DNA from: a virus
Taxonomy: Duplodnaviria; Caudoviricetes
IMG/VR virus record: IMGVR_UViG_2930578203_000001
Location: 1-64,000 of that record
Length of the DNA: 64,000 bases
Direction: 5' to 3' (one strand)
Below the pieces are notes generated by a model. That model saw only the letters and a list, made by a program, of their open reading frames with translations, did no database searches and was not told the DNA's origin. Below are positions 28,964 through 38,373 of this stretch, in pieces (positions within the stretch are counted from its first letter, which is position 1; every line of letters starts with the position of its first letter). A program made the position numbers and the translations under genes.

Positions 28964-30778
28964 ATGATCCGTTGGGTAGTGTTGGCTCGATTCCTAGCCC
29001 GGAGGACACCACTGATGCCCGACCTGCTCGTCGTCGCGGCTCTGTCGGAGGCTGTGGAGAACGCCTCGGCCGTACGTCCTCTAGGCTCCAGAGGCTCACG
29101 TGGTGCGGTTGCGGAAAGCGACCCCGCAGAGCTCACGCCTACGGCTACGGCGGTGCTGGCCGCAATTCCAGCCTGGTGGAGGGCTCAGGCTGCGGCGGCA
29201 GGCCTCACCGGTCGCTGGCTGGACATCGAGACAGCCCTTCAAGCGGATCCGCCCGTTGACGTTCCGAATGATCCTCCTCTGGGTGACTCCTGGGGTTCGC
29301 TTACGCCAGAGCAGGTAGGGGCTGCGTATGTGGAGGCTCTTTCGTCCGCCACACGCGCGCGCCACGGCCGTCACTACACACCACCCGAGCTCGCTTCGCA
29401 CTTGTGGGGGCTGGCACGCACGTCCCTGGATCTTCCTCCGCAGAAGCAGGTTCTTCCCGGGTTGGTGCGCGACCCAGCATGTGGCGCCGGGGCGCTGCTC
29501 CTGCCAGCGTTGAGGGAACATCTCCACGCCTCCTTCGGCGTCGATCCGGCGCTGACGCTGGCGGGTCTCCCCAACGTGATCCAGGGAGTCGATACCGACC
29601 CGGCCGCCGTATGGGTCGCCAACGTCGTTCTGGCCGCGGAGATGCTTCCCACCCTCGCCCGCGTCCCCGAGAAGCTACGCAAACCGTTGCCGTCGCTGGC
29701 TCGCGTGGGCGACGGTCTTGCCGCCCCCAACCAGCAGGCGCGAGTCGTCTTGATGAACCCGCCATACGGTCGCGTTCGACTCTCGCCCAGCGAACGCGAC
29801 CGCTACGCGCATGTGCTGTACGGGCACGCCAACATGTATGGCCTTTTCATGGCAGCGGCCGTGGCCTCATTGGACAGCGCGGGCGTTCTGGCGGCTCTTG
29901 TCCCCACGAGTTTCACCAGCGGACGCTATTTCTCAAAGCTGCGTACCTACCTGGGCCGCGAAGCTGGGATGAGCGCCGTCACATTCGTTGAGGACCGCAG
30001 CGGCGTGTTTACCTCCGTCCTTCAAGAGACTTGCCTGGCCACTTTCGAGCGGCGCAGGCGGAAGAAGACGCGGATCAGCAGCCTGGGCAGCGCAGAAACC
30101 ACGATCGCGAGCGTGAAGACCCAGAGGACCGGCGAGCCATGGGTATTGCCGCGCCGGTCGGATGACGCGCCCGTGGCTGCTGCTGCCTCCGCCATGACGG
30201 AGTCCCTCGCCTCACTGGGGTGGCGGGCTTCGACCGGGCCACTTGTGTGGAATCGTCGCAGCGCTGACCTGCATCCAAACTGGGGTCCGTCTCGGTCTCA
30301 CGTCATCTGGGCAGCAGATCTCGACGGTGGCGTGCTGCACCGTGACGCGGCCCGCGACTCGATGCGATACATGGCACTCACCGCGCCGTCTGACCTCAAG
30401 GTCATGGTTTTGGATGAGCCGGCAGTTCTAGTACAGCGCACGACTGCTCCTGAACAGTCACGAAGACTTGTAGCCGCGCTCCTCGACGACGAAGCGCTGA
30501 AAGTTCGCCACGGACGGGTCACGGTTGAGAACCACGTCAACGTGCTGCGGCCTACCGCTGCCGACCCCGTACTCACGAACGAAGCTATGACGAGGTTGTT
30601 GGCCACCAGAGCACTGGACAGGGTAGTGCGCTGCATCTCGGGCTCCGTCGCGCTTAGCGCATACGAACTGGAGTCGATCCCGCTGCCCGACCGTGATGTC
30701 GTGGCCAAGTGGAACGACCTTGAGGGCGACGCGCTCGAAGCCGCTGTTGCCGCCGCTTACCGGCCGAAAGGCAGTTGA
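28964..30778 (+). CDS. N6-adenine DNA methyltransferase (gamma class, Eco57I/PstI-like); start uncertain
   Basis: GRHYTP, DPACGAG, MNPPY, STGPLVWNR, VENHVN motifs. Confidence 0.9.
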   Translation: MIRWVVLARFLARRTPLMPDLLVVAALSEAVENASAVRPLGSRGSRGAVAESDPAELTPTATAVLAAIPAWWRAQAAAAGLTGRWLDIETALQADPPVDVPNDPPLGDSWGSLTPEQVGAAYVEALSSATRARHGRHYTPPELASHLWGLARTSLDLPPQKQVLPGLVRDPACGAGALLLPALREHLHASFGVDPALTLAGLPNVIQGVDTDPAAVWVANVVLAAEMLPTLARVPEKLRKPLPSLARVGDGLAAPNQQARVVLMNPPYGRVRLSPSERDRYAHVLYGHANMYGLFMAAAVASLDSAGVLAALVPTSFTSGRYFSKLRTYLGREAGMSAVTFVEDRSGVFTSVLQETCLATFERRRRKKTRISSLGSAETTIASVKTQRTGEPWVLPRRSDDAPVAAAASAMTESLASLGWRASTGPLVWNRRSADLHPNWGPSRSHVIWAADLDGGVLHRDAARDSMRYMALTAPSDLKVMVLDEPAVLVQRTTAPEQSRRLVAALLDDEALKVRHGRVTVENHVNVLRPTAADPVLTNEAMTRLLATRALDRVVRCISGSVALSAYELESIPLPDRDVVAKWNDLEGDALEAAVAAAYRPKGS

Positions 30779-30779
30779 G

Positions 30780-31874
30780 TTGAGGAAGATCATCAGTCCC
30801 GAGGAAGCCGAGCGGCGGCTGCAAGTCATCTTCCCTCGTGCGGCCTTCGACACGGTACTTTCATCGCCGTTGGCTGGATGGGCAGTAGCCGCTCTGATCT
30901 ATGTCGAAGCCGTATGCAGCCCGAGCGACGAAGCGGAGACCGTCCAGTGGGCACGTCCGTCCACCGTCGTGTGGATGTCCACGGCCACCCTGGAGCGAGA
31001 GACAGACGCTGAGCGTCTTGCCTGGCGCACTGCCGCGTTCAAGAACAGCAAACAGGTGGAGAACCTCCAGGATTCGTGGGGCATTCCTTTCCAGCCCAAA
31101 TACAAGGACAACACTCGCGAAACACTGCGGGACGAGACCTTTCGGGCATGGAGGGAACACAACGCGATCCGAAAGCGATCTGGACTTCCTAGCAATAGCA
31201 GCAAGCCCACTTGGTCATTGCTCGACGACTTCGCAGACCTTTTTGATCCCGACATGTCGGATGAAGTTTTCAGAGAAGCCGCCACCCAATGGCGCGACAA
31301 ACACATGACCCCCGGTACAAAGCTCAAGGCTCTCCGCGCACTTAACGCGGAGGCAGCCCAGCATGCCGTGGTTGTAACGCTCCCGGACGGCACGACTCGA
31401 ACGCTCGAACCCGGCGGCTCATCCCTCATAATCAAGGGCGTCATCGAAGAGTGGGCTCCAAGCCGCCTGGGGCAGCCAGTAGTTCTGGCAATCTCCGAAC
31501 CAGGCGACAAAGTTCACCTCGGGGACAAGAAGATGCTACAGGCGCTCGGTATCAAGATTGATCCCAAAGACGTGCTCCCCGACGTGTTGATCGCCGATGC
31601 CAGCCCGGACCCGGTCGAGTTCTGGATCATCGAAGCCGTAGCGTCGGATGGAGTTGTGACTACTGGGCGCCGCAAGGCGCTTTTGGAGTGGGCCGCACAG
31701 CAAAACATCAAGCCAGTTCACTGTTCGTTTCTTAGCGCCTTCGGGTCTCGGAATGCCGCCCCAGCCAGGAAGCGCCTCAAAGACCTCGCCCCCAACACCT
31801 GGGCGTGGTTCGCTGATGAACCCGGTCACGAACTCGCCTGGTATCAAATGTTTCCCACCGCAGAGGAAGTCTGA
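30780..31874 (+). CDS. BsuBI/PstI-family type II restriction endonuclease
   Basis: DNTRETLRDE, LEPGGSSLIIKGVIEEWAP, LPDV..IEAVASDG motifs; adjacent to the MTase. Confidence 0.85.
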   Translation: MRKIISPEEAERRLQVIFPRAAFDTVLSSPLAGWAVAALIYVEAVCSPSDEAETVQWARPSTVVWMSTATLERETDAERLAWRTAAFKNSKQVENLQDSWGIPFQPKYKDNTRETLRDETFRAWREHNAIRKRSGLPSNSSKPTWSLLDDFADLFDPDMSDEVFREAATQWRDKHMTPGTKLKALRALNAEAAQHAVVVTLPDGTTRTLEPGGSSLIIKGVIEEWAPSRLGQPVVLAISEPGDKVHLGDKKMLQALGIKIDPKDVLPDVLIADASPDPVEFWIIEAVASDGVVTTGRRKALLEWAAQQNIKPVHCSFLSAFGSRNAAPARKRLKDLAPNTWAWFADEPGHELAWYQMFPTAEEV

Positions 31875-31952
31875 TCACCTGAGGAAAATCACTTGCTCCA
31901 TGGCGTTTCTCCGGAAGTCGTGGAGCGGGTAGGGGCCTTCGGACTGGACGGA

Positions 31953-33131
31953 TCACTTCGGCGTTTGGGCATCCGGGCTGTGCACCGGAATCTTCCTGAA
32001 TGGGTCCTTGGACGCGTCCTTGGCCGGGCGCACGTACCTCTCCCGGGGGATTCGCGAACCCTTCTTCCAGCGGCCGGCCTCCTCGAGTTCTTCGTCCGTC
32101 GCGCCGTTCATGCCGAGGTCGGTGGCGCCGCCGGCGCGAAGGCTGTGCGAGGACACGGGACGGCCGTCTGTCTTGAGCCCGGCCGCCCCAAACCACAACT
32201 TCACGCGCTCGTTGACGGTCTGCGGGCGCAGGTAGGCACCGCGCTTGGTGGCCCCCCGCCTCTCCCGGGTCTCCGCCGAGGCGACCTTGCCGCTCCGTAG
32301 AACCTCCCGGAATACGGGGCCCGTGGTGATGCCCTGCTCGGCGAGGTAGCGAACCCAGCGGCGCAACCGGAAGACCAAGTTGAGGTCCGGCCGATCGTGG
32401 AGAACGAGCGTCTGTTCCTCGCCCTTGTGGGTCTTGTCTTCAGCGAGCCATACCAACACTCGGTCGTCGAGGATGGTCACGTCCTCGAGGTCCAGGTCAA
32501 CGTCTTCGATACTGCGGCCGAGGAACCGGTACCCGAAGGCGAACATCGCCGAGTCGCGCCAGCCAATCGGCCGGTTGTCGGCTTCAGTCTTCTCCATCAT
32601 CGGGACCAGGTACGGCAGCGTGATGGGGAACGCTTCCTTCCTGCGCAGCGCCCGCTTGTTCTTCTTCCGGTACTGCGTCAGGAGCAGCAGGAAAAGGCTG
32701 TTGTCCGGCTTCTTCCCGGGCGGCATGGACGTCCGGATCAGCGACATGTAGTGCCGGATCGTGGTGACCTTGAGCCCTCTCGCCATCAGGTGGCGGCCGT
32801 ACTCGGTGTACGTCGCCGTCGTGCACGGTTTCGCCACCCGCCCCTGCTCCGCACACCACGCCTCGAACAGTCGCATCGCCGTACGCCGCTGCGGCGAACC
32901 TTCCTCCTCGGCCTCCTTGAGGGCCTGGGCGGTCTCCTCGCTGACGTACAGGTCCCGCTCGGTGTACGTCGCGCGCGGGTCGTCACTGGTTGGGATGCCC
33001 TCGCCGGGCATCAGGACCGTGTGCGCGTCGACGAGCGGGCGGGCAGCCGGCGCCGTGCGCCCCAGCTCCCCGCCCTCGACGATCTCGGCGTAAACGACTT
33101 CCTCGTCCACGTCCTGGTTTCGCAGGCTCAC
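31953..33131 (-). CDS. tyrosine recombinase (Cre-like)
   Basis: RDSAM..GRSIE, KTH, SHSLRAGGAT, GRW and C-terminal RY catalytic residues. Confidence 0.9.
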   Translation of the reverse strand: MSLRNQDVDEEVVYAEIVEGGELGRTAPAARPLVDAHTVLMPGEGIPTSDDPRATYTERDLYVSEETAQALKEAEEEGSPQRRTAMRLFEAWCAEQGRVAKPCTTATYTEYGRHLMARGLKVTTIRHYMSLIRTSMPPGKKPDNSLFLLLLTQYRKKNKRALRRKEAFPITLPYLVPMMEKTEADNRPIGWRDSAMFAFGYRFLGRSIEDVDLDLEDVTILDDRVLVWLAEDKTHKGEEQTLVLHDRPDLNLVFRLRRWVRYLAEQGITTGPVFREVLRSGKVASAETRERRGATKRGAYLRPQTVNERVKLWFGAAGLKTDGRPVSSHSLRAGGATDLGMNGATDEELEEAGRWKKGSRIPRERYVRPAKDASKDPFRKIPVHSPDAQTPK

Positions 33132-33490
33132 GCTGGAGCCGCGTCTTCCATCGCCTTCCTCCGGAGCGGAAGCAACAACGCGTGCAGGGTGATGATCTGC
33201 GAGGCGGTGGCTGTACCCGTCTCGGTGAGCTGCCGGACCAAGTGAAGGAGGCTTCCGGGCCCTTGCAGGTCCCGCCTGTACAGCAGGACCCGGGCGTTCT
33301 GGTCTCGAGGGAGCCGAGTCGGGAAGTGACCGATGCTCGCCGCGGCCAGCCCTTCCTCGATCCTCTCGAGGATCCGCGCTCCAGCAACCTGTTCGCCCGC
33401 CATGGTCAACAGCTCGAACACGCCTGTCTCGCGATACCCGCCGTCCGTCTCAAGCATCGTGGCGTACTTCTGCCAGCGTGTGTCTGTCAT
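33128..33490 (-). CDS. hypothetical protein
   Basis: Coupled to the recombinase by a GTGA overlap. Confidence 0.6.
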   Translation of the reverse strand: MTDTRWQKYATMLETDGGYRETGVFELLTMAGEQVAGARILERIEEGLAAASIGHFPTRLPRDQNARVLLYRRDLQGPGSLLHLVRQLTETGTATASQIITLHALLLPLRRKAMEDAAPA

Positions 33491-33675
33491 CGCGCAGTTC
33501 CTTCTGTGGCCGCCACGAACGAGGCGACCCACTCGTCCATGTCATCCGGCATCGGGTGCGGGTTGGGCTCCGGTGGGCGAATCAGGCGGAGCATCGTCCA
33601 CTGCTCCACGGGCACGCGCTCTGCGCGCGTGCCCACCGGGTAGCGGGCGTTCCACTCGTCTGCGTTGATGTTCAC
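33487..33675 (-). CDS. small hypothetical protein
   Basis: WNARYPVGT phage-like motif; ATGA overlap. Confidence 0.5.
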   Translation of the reverse strand: MNINADEWNARYPVGTRAERVPVEQWTMLRLIRPPEPNPHPMPDDMDEWVASFVAATEGTAR

Positions 33676-33683
33676 GGTCCCTC

Positions 33684-34631
33684 TCACTTCTTCGTGTAGA
33701 CGGTGCCGCAGTGGAAGCACAGGGCGACCTCTTCATCGGGCTCAGCGCGGGTGTTGGCCAACATCACTCCGTCCTGCCCGCAGGCTGGGCAATTTTGCAG
33801 TCCGGCCGTGTCGTCCTCGTCGAGGACTTCCTGCCAGTAGGACACGGCGGCGTCTGTGGGCGATTCAAAGGTCCGCAAACAGAACCGGCAAGCCACGGGA
33901 CTGTCGCCTACCACCAGAGCTACCCGTCGGCAGGACGGGCAGTGCACCACGCGCTCGGCGACCTCGTCCAGGCCGCCGGCCAGGTCCTGCTCGCGCTTCT
34001 TGACGAGCACTTCGATGTCCCGCAGACGTCTCCGGACGGCTTCCATCGTGGTGGCTACCTCCGTCGCTTCGGTCGACAGGCTCCGCTGCAGGTGACGCGG
34101 AACGAAGTCGATAAGGAAGCTCAGCACTCCGGCCGCGCGTGATTCGACGGCGTAGGCGCTGGCCTTATGCCCGTAGTGGGTCAGAGCGTTCCGAGTCTTC
34201 GCCAGGTCGCCAATGGCCTTGCGTTCCTTGGCGGTGATCGACACACCGACGATCTGCGTGAGGCGGTCCAGGGCGGCAGTTGTGCCGCAGCTATCGAAGC
34301 TGCCCGACTCGTACGCGGCGCGCGTGGCATTGCCCGGGTCCTTGAAGACCAGGCTCCAGTGCTCGCGCACGAGGCGGGCCTTGAGCAGTACCTCGGTGGC
34401 CGCCTGGAGATGGAGGACGCCGTACTTCAGGTGGCGGTCGCTGAGCCAGAGCGGGGCTGGCTGGGAGAACTGCGGGTGCTTAGCGGCTTCGGGCCACAGC
34501 GACCCCGCGTCCATCGGGACCTGAATCTTGCCCGTCAGGTACAGCACCGCGCTGCTGAGGTAGTCCATGCCGTTGCGCACCAGAGTGAAATCCATCTCGG
34601 GACGCTCGGGCAACGACTCGTCGCTGGGCAA
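33684..34631 (-). CDS. HEPN-like domain protein with C-terminal zinc ribbons
   Basis: ATEVLLK and RNALTH (Rx4H) motifs; CPSC, CRFC, CPAC, CFHC. Confidence 0.65.
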   Translation of the reverse strand: MPSDESLPERPEMDFTLVRNGMDYLSSAVLYLTGKIQVPMDAGSLWPEAAKHPQFSQPAPLWLSDRHLKYGVLHLQAATEVLLKARLVREHWSLVFKDPGNATRAAYESGSFDSCGTTAALDRLTQIVGVSITAKERKAIGDLAKTRNALTHYGHKASAYAVESRAAGVLSFLIDFVPRHLQRSLSTEATEVATTMEAVRRRLRDIEVLVKKREQDLAGGLDEVAERVVHCPSCRRVALVVGDSPVACRFCLRTFESPTDAAVSYWQEVLDEDDTAGLQNCPACGQDGVMLANTRAEPDEEVALCFHCGTVYTKK

Positions 34632-34673
34632 GTCCCCTCCCGGGGGTCGGTGACTGACGTGGCGCCAAGATTA

Positions 34674-34699
34674 CCGACAACAATCACAGTTGTTGTCGG
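34674..34699. repeat. 10-6-10 inverted repeat in a divergent intergenic region
   Basis: CCGACAACAA-TCACAG-TTGTTGTCGG. Confidence 0.8.
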
Positions 34700-34733
34700 C
34701 TACTCATCAGTAACACCGTAGAGTCTTCCTCGA

Positions 34734-34770
34734 AGGGCGGAGAGCACCGCCCTGAGTCCCGAACGAAGGA
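34734..34770 (+). repeat. conserved leader, copy 8
   Basis: AGGGCGG-AGAGCA-CCGCCCT-GAGTCCCGAACGAAGGA. Confidence 0.9.
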
Positions 34771-34778
34771 GCACCGCC

Positions 34779-34967
34779 ATGGCGGGCTGGATCAACAGCA
34801 CCCAGCAGCAGCGCGACCACAACGGGCAGCGGAACATCTGCGCCGCAGACGGCCAGCCCGGCACCGACGCCGACCCGCTCGTGAAAACGACCGACGGATA
34901 CCGCGTCCACCTCTCCGACACCACCGACCCGGCCAACGGCTTCTACGGCCAGCAGCAGGTGAGTTGA
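34779..34967 (+). CDS. small hypothetical protein
   Basis: ATG follows leader copy 8. Confidence 0.7.
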   Translation: MAGWINSTQQQRDHNGQRNICAADGQPGTDADPLVKTTDGYRVHLSDTTDPANGFYGQQQVS

Positions 34968-34968
34968 G

Positions 34969-35244
34969 ATGCGCACCAAGTTGCGACTCCTTGCCTGGGC
35001 CTTGGGCCTCCTGGCTCTCGCCCACCCCGCCTTCGGCTCGTTCGCGCTCGACCTGCTCGGCATCGCCGTCGCCATGGCCGCCACCGCGGTGGGCGCAGTT
35101 GTCGGATGGGCCCTGGCGAACATCTCGCTGACCCTCACGGCCGTGTCCGGGGTTCTCCTGCTTCGCGCGTTCCCTGGCGTTCCGCGCTGGTTCCGCCATT
35201 CGTGGGTCGCTTCGGTCGCTGCCGTCGCCCCCGAAGAGGCGTAA
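34969..35244 (+). CDS. small membrane protein
   Basis: Hydrophobic, 3 likely TM segments. Confidence 0.65.
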   Translation: MRTKLRLLAWALGLLALAHPAFGSFALDLLGIAVAMAATAVGAVVGWALANISLTLTAVSGVLLLRAFPGVPRWFRHSWVASVAAVAPEEA

Positions 35245-35321
35245 CAACCCGCCTGTTCGAAGCGTTCGATTCTTCGCTCAGAACGATTCTCCGCTCAGCC
35301 CTGCCGAGGAGCACAACTTGC

Positions 35322-35552
35322 ATGCCCGTCTCAGAAGCGCCAGAGCCGTCAGCCGAAGAGGTCGTGAAGGGACTATTCGAGGAGACCGGACTTCACCCGT
35401 CCCTCGTTCCCACTTACACCGCCGCGGTGCTCGCCCTGCGCGACCGCGAGAAAGCCGCGGAACTCCGCGCAGCCGGTTTCGGCGCCGCCGCTGATTTCAT
35501 CGAGCCGGACTCTGCCGTCATTGCCGAGGCGTTCGGCCGCGAGGACCAGTAG
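35322..35552 (+). CDS. hypothetical protein
   Basis: GAGGAG RBS; ECF-like promoter upstream. Confidence 0.55.
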   Translation: MPVSEAPEPSAEEVVKGLFEETGLHPSLVPTYTAAVLALRDREKAAELRAAGFGAAADFIEPDSAVIAEAFGREDQ

Positions 35553-35600
35553 CCCCAACTCTCGCGCACCGCGCGACCGTACGGCGCCCGGTGCGCGAGT

Positions 35601-35637
35601 TCCAGCGGAGAGCACCGCCGGAGTCCCGAAGGAAGGA
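35601..35637 (+). repeat. conserved leader, copy 9
   Basis: TCCAGCGG-AGAGCA-CCGCCGGA-GTCCCGAAGGAAGGA. Confidence 0.9.
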
Positions 35638-35643
35638 ACCGCG

Positions 35644-36555
35644 ATGTCCCGTCGCAAGATCGTCACCATCCTGCTCCCCCCGCCCGAGCCGGAGCCGGAG
35701 TACGAGCTGTACCAAGAGCTGAGGCACGACGCCGAGTTGAGGAGCCGGCCTCCGCTGGGACCGGACGACCTTCGGCGCATGACGGAGGTGTCCGCGCGCC
35801 GCGGCCGCGACTGGTGCACGGCCGTACTGGGGCGGGGCTTCCCTGGGATCGAACGCGTTTCCAGCGTCGACGGCTGGATGCTGGTCGCCGCCGACGAGCT
35901 GAACCTCGACCCGCCGCTCCCCCGCCGAATCGTCGAGGAGCGAGAAGCCGCGGAACAGCGGCGCAAGGCCGAAGCAACCCTGGCCGCGGTGAAGTTGGAG
36001 ACGGAGAAGCGCCAGTGGGACCTGCTAGTCGGCAGCGCGCCCGTCACGCTGACCGTGCACGAGAACACGCGGCACACGGGCCCGAATGGCTCCACCCGGC
36101 ACGCCGTGCCCCCGGCCGACGTCGTCTCCGGAAAGGCGCGGAAGCATCCCGCGGACAGGGGGCTGTGCGAGACGCCCGACCGCGCTGACCCACTGCACCT
36201 GGGCGATGCCGTCGACCTCCCGCCCAACTGCGTGCGCTGCCTGGACTACGCAGCCAAGATCCGCGCCGCAGACGCTCCGGCCCCGCCGACGGACGCCGAG
36301 GCGGCCCTGCTACGGCTCATCTCCTCCGGCATGGTCTTCACCTTCAGTGTCCGCGGCTGCATCACGATCCGAGACACCAGCCAGCGCAGCCGCGCCGCCT
36401 GGGGGCACCTGGGCCGGAAGGTCGACGTCGCGGTGAAGAAGCTCCAGAAGAAGGGCTGGGTGTCCCAGGACCAGGAGTACGGCGCGACGCAAAAGGGAGT
36501 CCGCGGCCACCGTTGGCGACTCACCGAAGCCGGTACCGCCGCACTGGAGGGCTGA
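35644..36555 (+). CDS. hypothetical protein with Zn-binding and C-terminal wHTH-like motifs
   Basis: Follows leader copy 9; H..LC..CVRC; LQKKGWV...WRLTEAG. Confidence 0.7.
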   Translation: MSRRKIVTILLPPPEPEPEYELYQELRHDAELRSRPPLGPDDLRRMTEVSARRGRDWCTAVLGRGFPGIERVSSVDGWMLVAADELNLDPPLPRRIVEEREAAEQRRKAEATLAAVKLETEKRQWDLLVGSAPVTLTVHENTRHTGPNGSTRHAVPPADVVSGKARKHPADRGLCETPDRADPLHLGDAVDLPPNCVRCLDYAAKIRAADAPAPPTDAEAALLRLISSGMVFTFSVRGCITIRDTSQRSRAAWGHLGRKVDVAVKKLQKKGWVSQDQEYGATQKGVRGHRWRLTEAGTAALEG

Positions 36556-36559
36556 CGCC

Positions 36560-37195
36560 ATGGTCCGCATCACCGCCAAGCAGTACCGGGAAATCCTGGC
36601 GCAACGCCGCCGCGGGGCTCAGCCTCCCGCGGCGGCGGCCGCCGTCCCGAAGAAGCCGGCCGCGTCCCCGGGCCCACCGTCCATCCCGACGCCGCCCGCG
36701 GTCGAGCCGCTCCTCGCCGGGCTTCCCCACCCGGGACGGCACTGGACCCTGCTCATGCCGTACGCCGAGGAGATGCTGACCAGCAACAAGCGGTACCGGC
36801 ATTGGAGCGTTGAGCACAGCATCCGCAAGCGGCTCCGCGCGGACGCCACCGGCCTCAGCCGACCCATGCAGATACCACAGCTCCAACGCGCGGCCATCTT
36901 CTACGTGCTGCACCCGCGGAAACTCAACCGCTCCCGAGACCCCGGGAACTGGGCCCCGACCGCGAAGGCGTACGTCGACGGCTTGGTGACCCCCAACCCG
37001 GATCTGCCTCGCCTTCGTCACCTTCTCCCGGACGACGACCACGAGCACCTGCTCGGCCCGAACCCCCTCATGGGTGCGCCCGTAGAGACCGGCTTCGCCC
37101 GGATGTCCCTCGTCATCGTCGAACTTCACGGCACGCTGACCAGCGCGAACGGCGAAACCGTAACAGGAACCGGCACTTCGACGTACAGGAACTGA
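36560..37195 (+). CDS. RusA-like Holliday junction resolvase
   Basis: LTSN, RDPGNWAPTAKAYVDGL, LPDDD acidic motifs. Confidence 0.7.
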   Translation: MVRITAKQYREILAQRRRGAQPPAAAAAVPKKPAASPGPPSIPTPPAVEPLLAGLPHPGRHWTLLMPYAEEMLTSNKRYRHWSVEHSIRKRLRADATGLSRPMQIPQLQRAAIFYVLHPRKLNRSRDPGNWAPTAKAYVDGLVTPNPDLPRLRHLLPDDDHEHLLGPNPLMGAPVETGFARMSLVIVELHGTLTSANGETVTGTGTSTYRN

Positions 37196-37235
37196 GGGCT
37201 GGCCCGCCCTCACCTCAACGAGGAGATGCCCCTCC

Positions 37236-37877
37236 ATGAGCACCAGACACCCCGTGTCCCTCCAGATCTACGACCGCAACGGCGTACCTGAGCACACGCC
37301 GATCTGGGACCGGGCGCGCTCCGTCAACACGGTCATCGCCGCGTTCGCCCGCGGCGGCACCCTCCTCGACCGCGACGGCGTCGACGAGCGCCTCGCCGAG
37401 ATCGCTGACAAGGCCGCGTGCTCGCTCCTCCGCGACCGCTGGAAGGACGACTTCCAGGTCGCCGCGTACGGCGAACTGCTCTGCACCATCGCCGCCCTGC
37501 GCGAAATCCTCGGCTACTCCCCCACGCCCACGGCCGTTGAGGTCTTCGACTGGGCCCGCCAGCAGAAGCAGAAGGCCGCCGAGGCGATCGACGGCCCCGT
37601 GCAGGACTTCGTCATCCAGTTCCTCAACGGGCCGTACTCCGGGGTGATCCTGACGTTCCCGGGCGAAACGCAGGGGCCGGGCGGAGGGCCGGGCCTATCC
37701 CTCACCGTCCCGATCGCGTGGGGGGACGACAGCGACCCCGGCCGCGGTGAAGCCCGGTACGCGCGGACCGAGGAGCCCACCGGCGAAGGACTGTGGCTGT
37801 ACCGGCTTGCTGAAGACGTTCCCGACGGCGCCCGCCCGCACATCACCGTCCCGGACCGGAAGGGCGTCCGCGCGTGA
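37236..37877 (+). CDS. hypothetical protein
   Basis: GAGGAG RBS; F..GPY.G motif. Confidence 0.65.
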   Translation: MSTRHPVSLQIYDRNGVPEHTPIWDRARSVNTVIAAFARGGTLLDRDGVDERLAEIADKAACSLLRDRWKDDFQVAAYGELLCTIAALREILGYSPTPTAVEVFDWARQQKQKAAEAIDGPVQDFVIQFLNGPYSGVILTFPGETQGPGGGPGLSLTVPIAWGDDSDPGRGEARYARTEEPTGEGLWLYRLAEDVPDGARPHITVPDRKGVRA

Positions 37878-38116
37878 TATCCCTGCTTACCGCCGTCATC
37901 CCGTCCCCCGCCGCCGACGCCGCTCACGACGCCGCGCACGCGACGGCCGCCCGCTTCCGACAGGGCGCCTACTCCGTGCCGTGCCCGGAGTGCCACGTCC
38001 CGGCCGGCGTGCTGTGCCTCGCCCGACGCGACGTGCACACCGCCCGTCGGAACGCATACCGGCAGAACCCCGAGACCACCGGCTTCGTGCCCCTCCTCGT
38101 GGCGCGTGTCCGATGA
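37874..38116 (+). CDS. small zinc-finger protein
   Basis: CPEC..PAG..C...H..R. Confidence 0.65.
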   Translation: MISLLTAVIPSPAADAAHDAAHATAARFRQGAYSVPCPECHVPAGVLCLARRDVHTARRNAYRQNPETTGFVPLLVARVR

Positions 38117-38373
38117 GCGAAACCACCGCGGCCGAAGCCGCCCGAAAAGCCGCCACCTGGGCGCACTGCGCCGAGGACGCCAACAAGTACGCGCACGACC
38201 ATGAGCAGCAGGCGAGGGAGCACGCGGTCCAGCGGGACAGCGGCCAGGCCGCCGCCTACACGTCGCGGGCCGAGGAGTGGGTGCGGCTTCGCGGCACGGC
38301 TGTGGACATGGCGAACATGTGGGCCAACGTTGCCGGCGCCCTGCAACTCGCTGAGCTGGGTGAGCACTCGTGA
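38113..38373 (+). CDS. hypothetical protein
   Basis: ATGA-coupled operon member. Confidence 0.6.
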   Translation: MSETTAAEAARKAATWAHCAEDANKYAHDHEQQAREHAVQRDSGQAAAYTSRAEEWVRLRGTAVDMANMWANVAGALQLAELGEHS

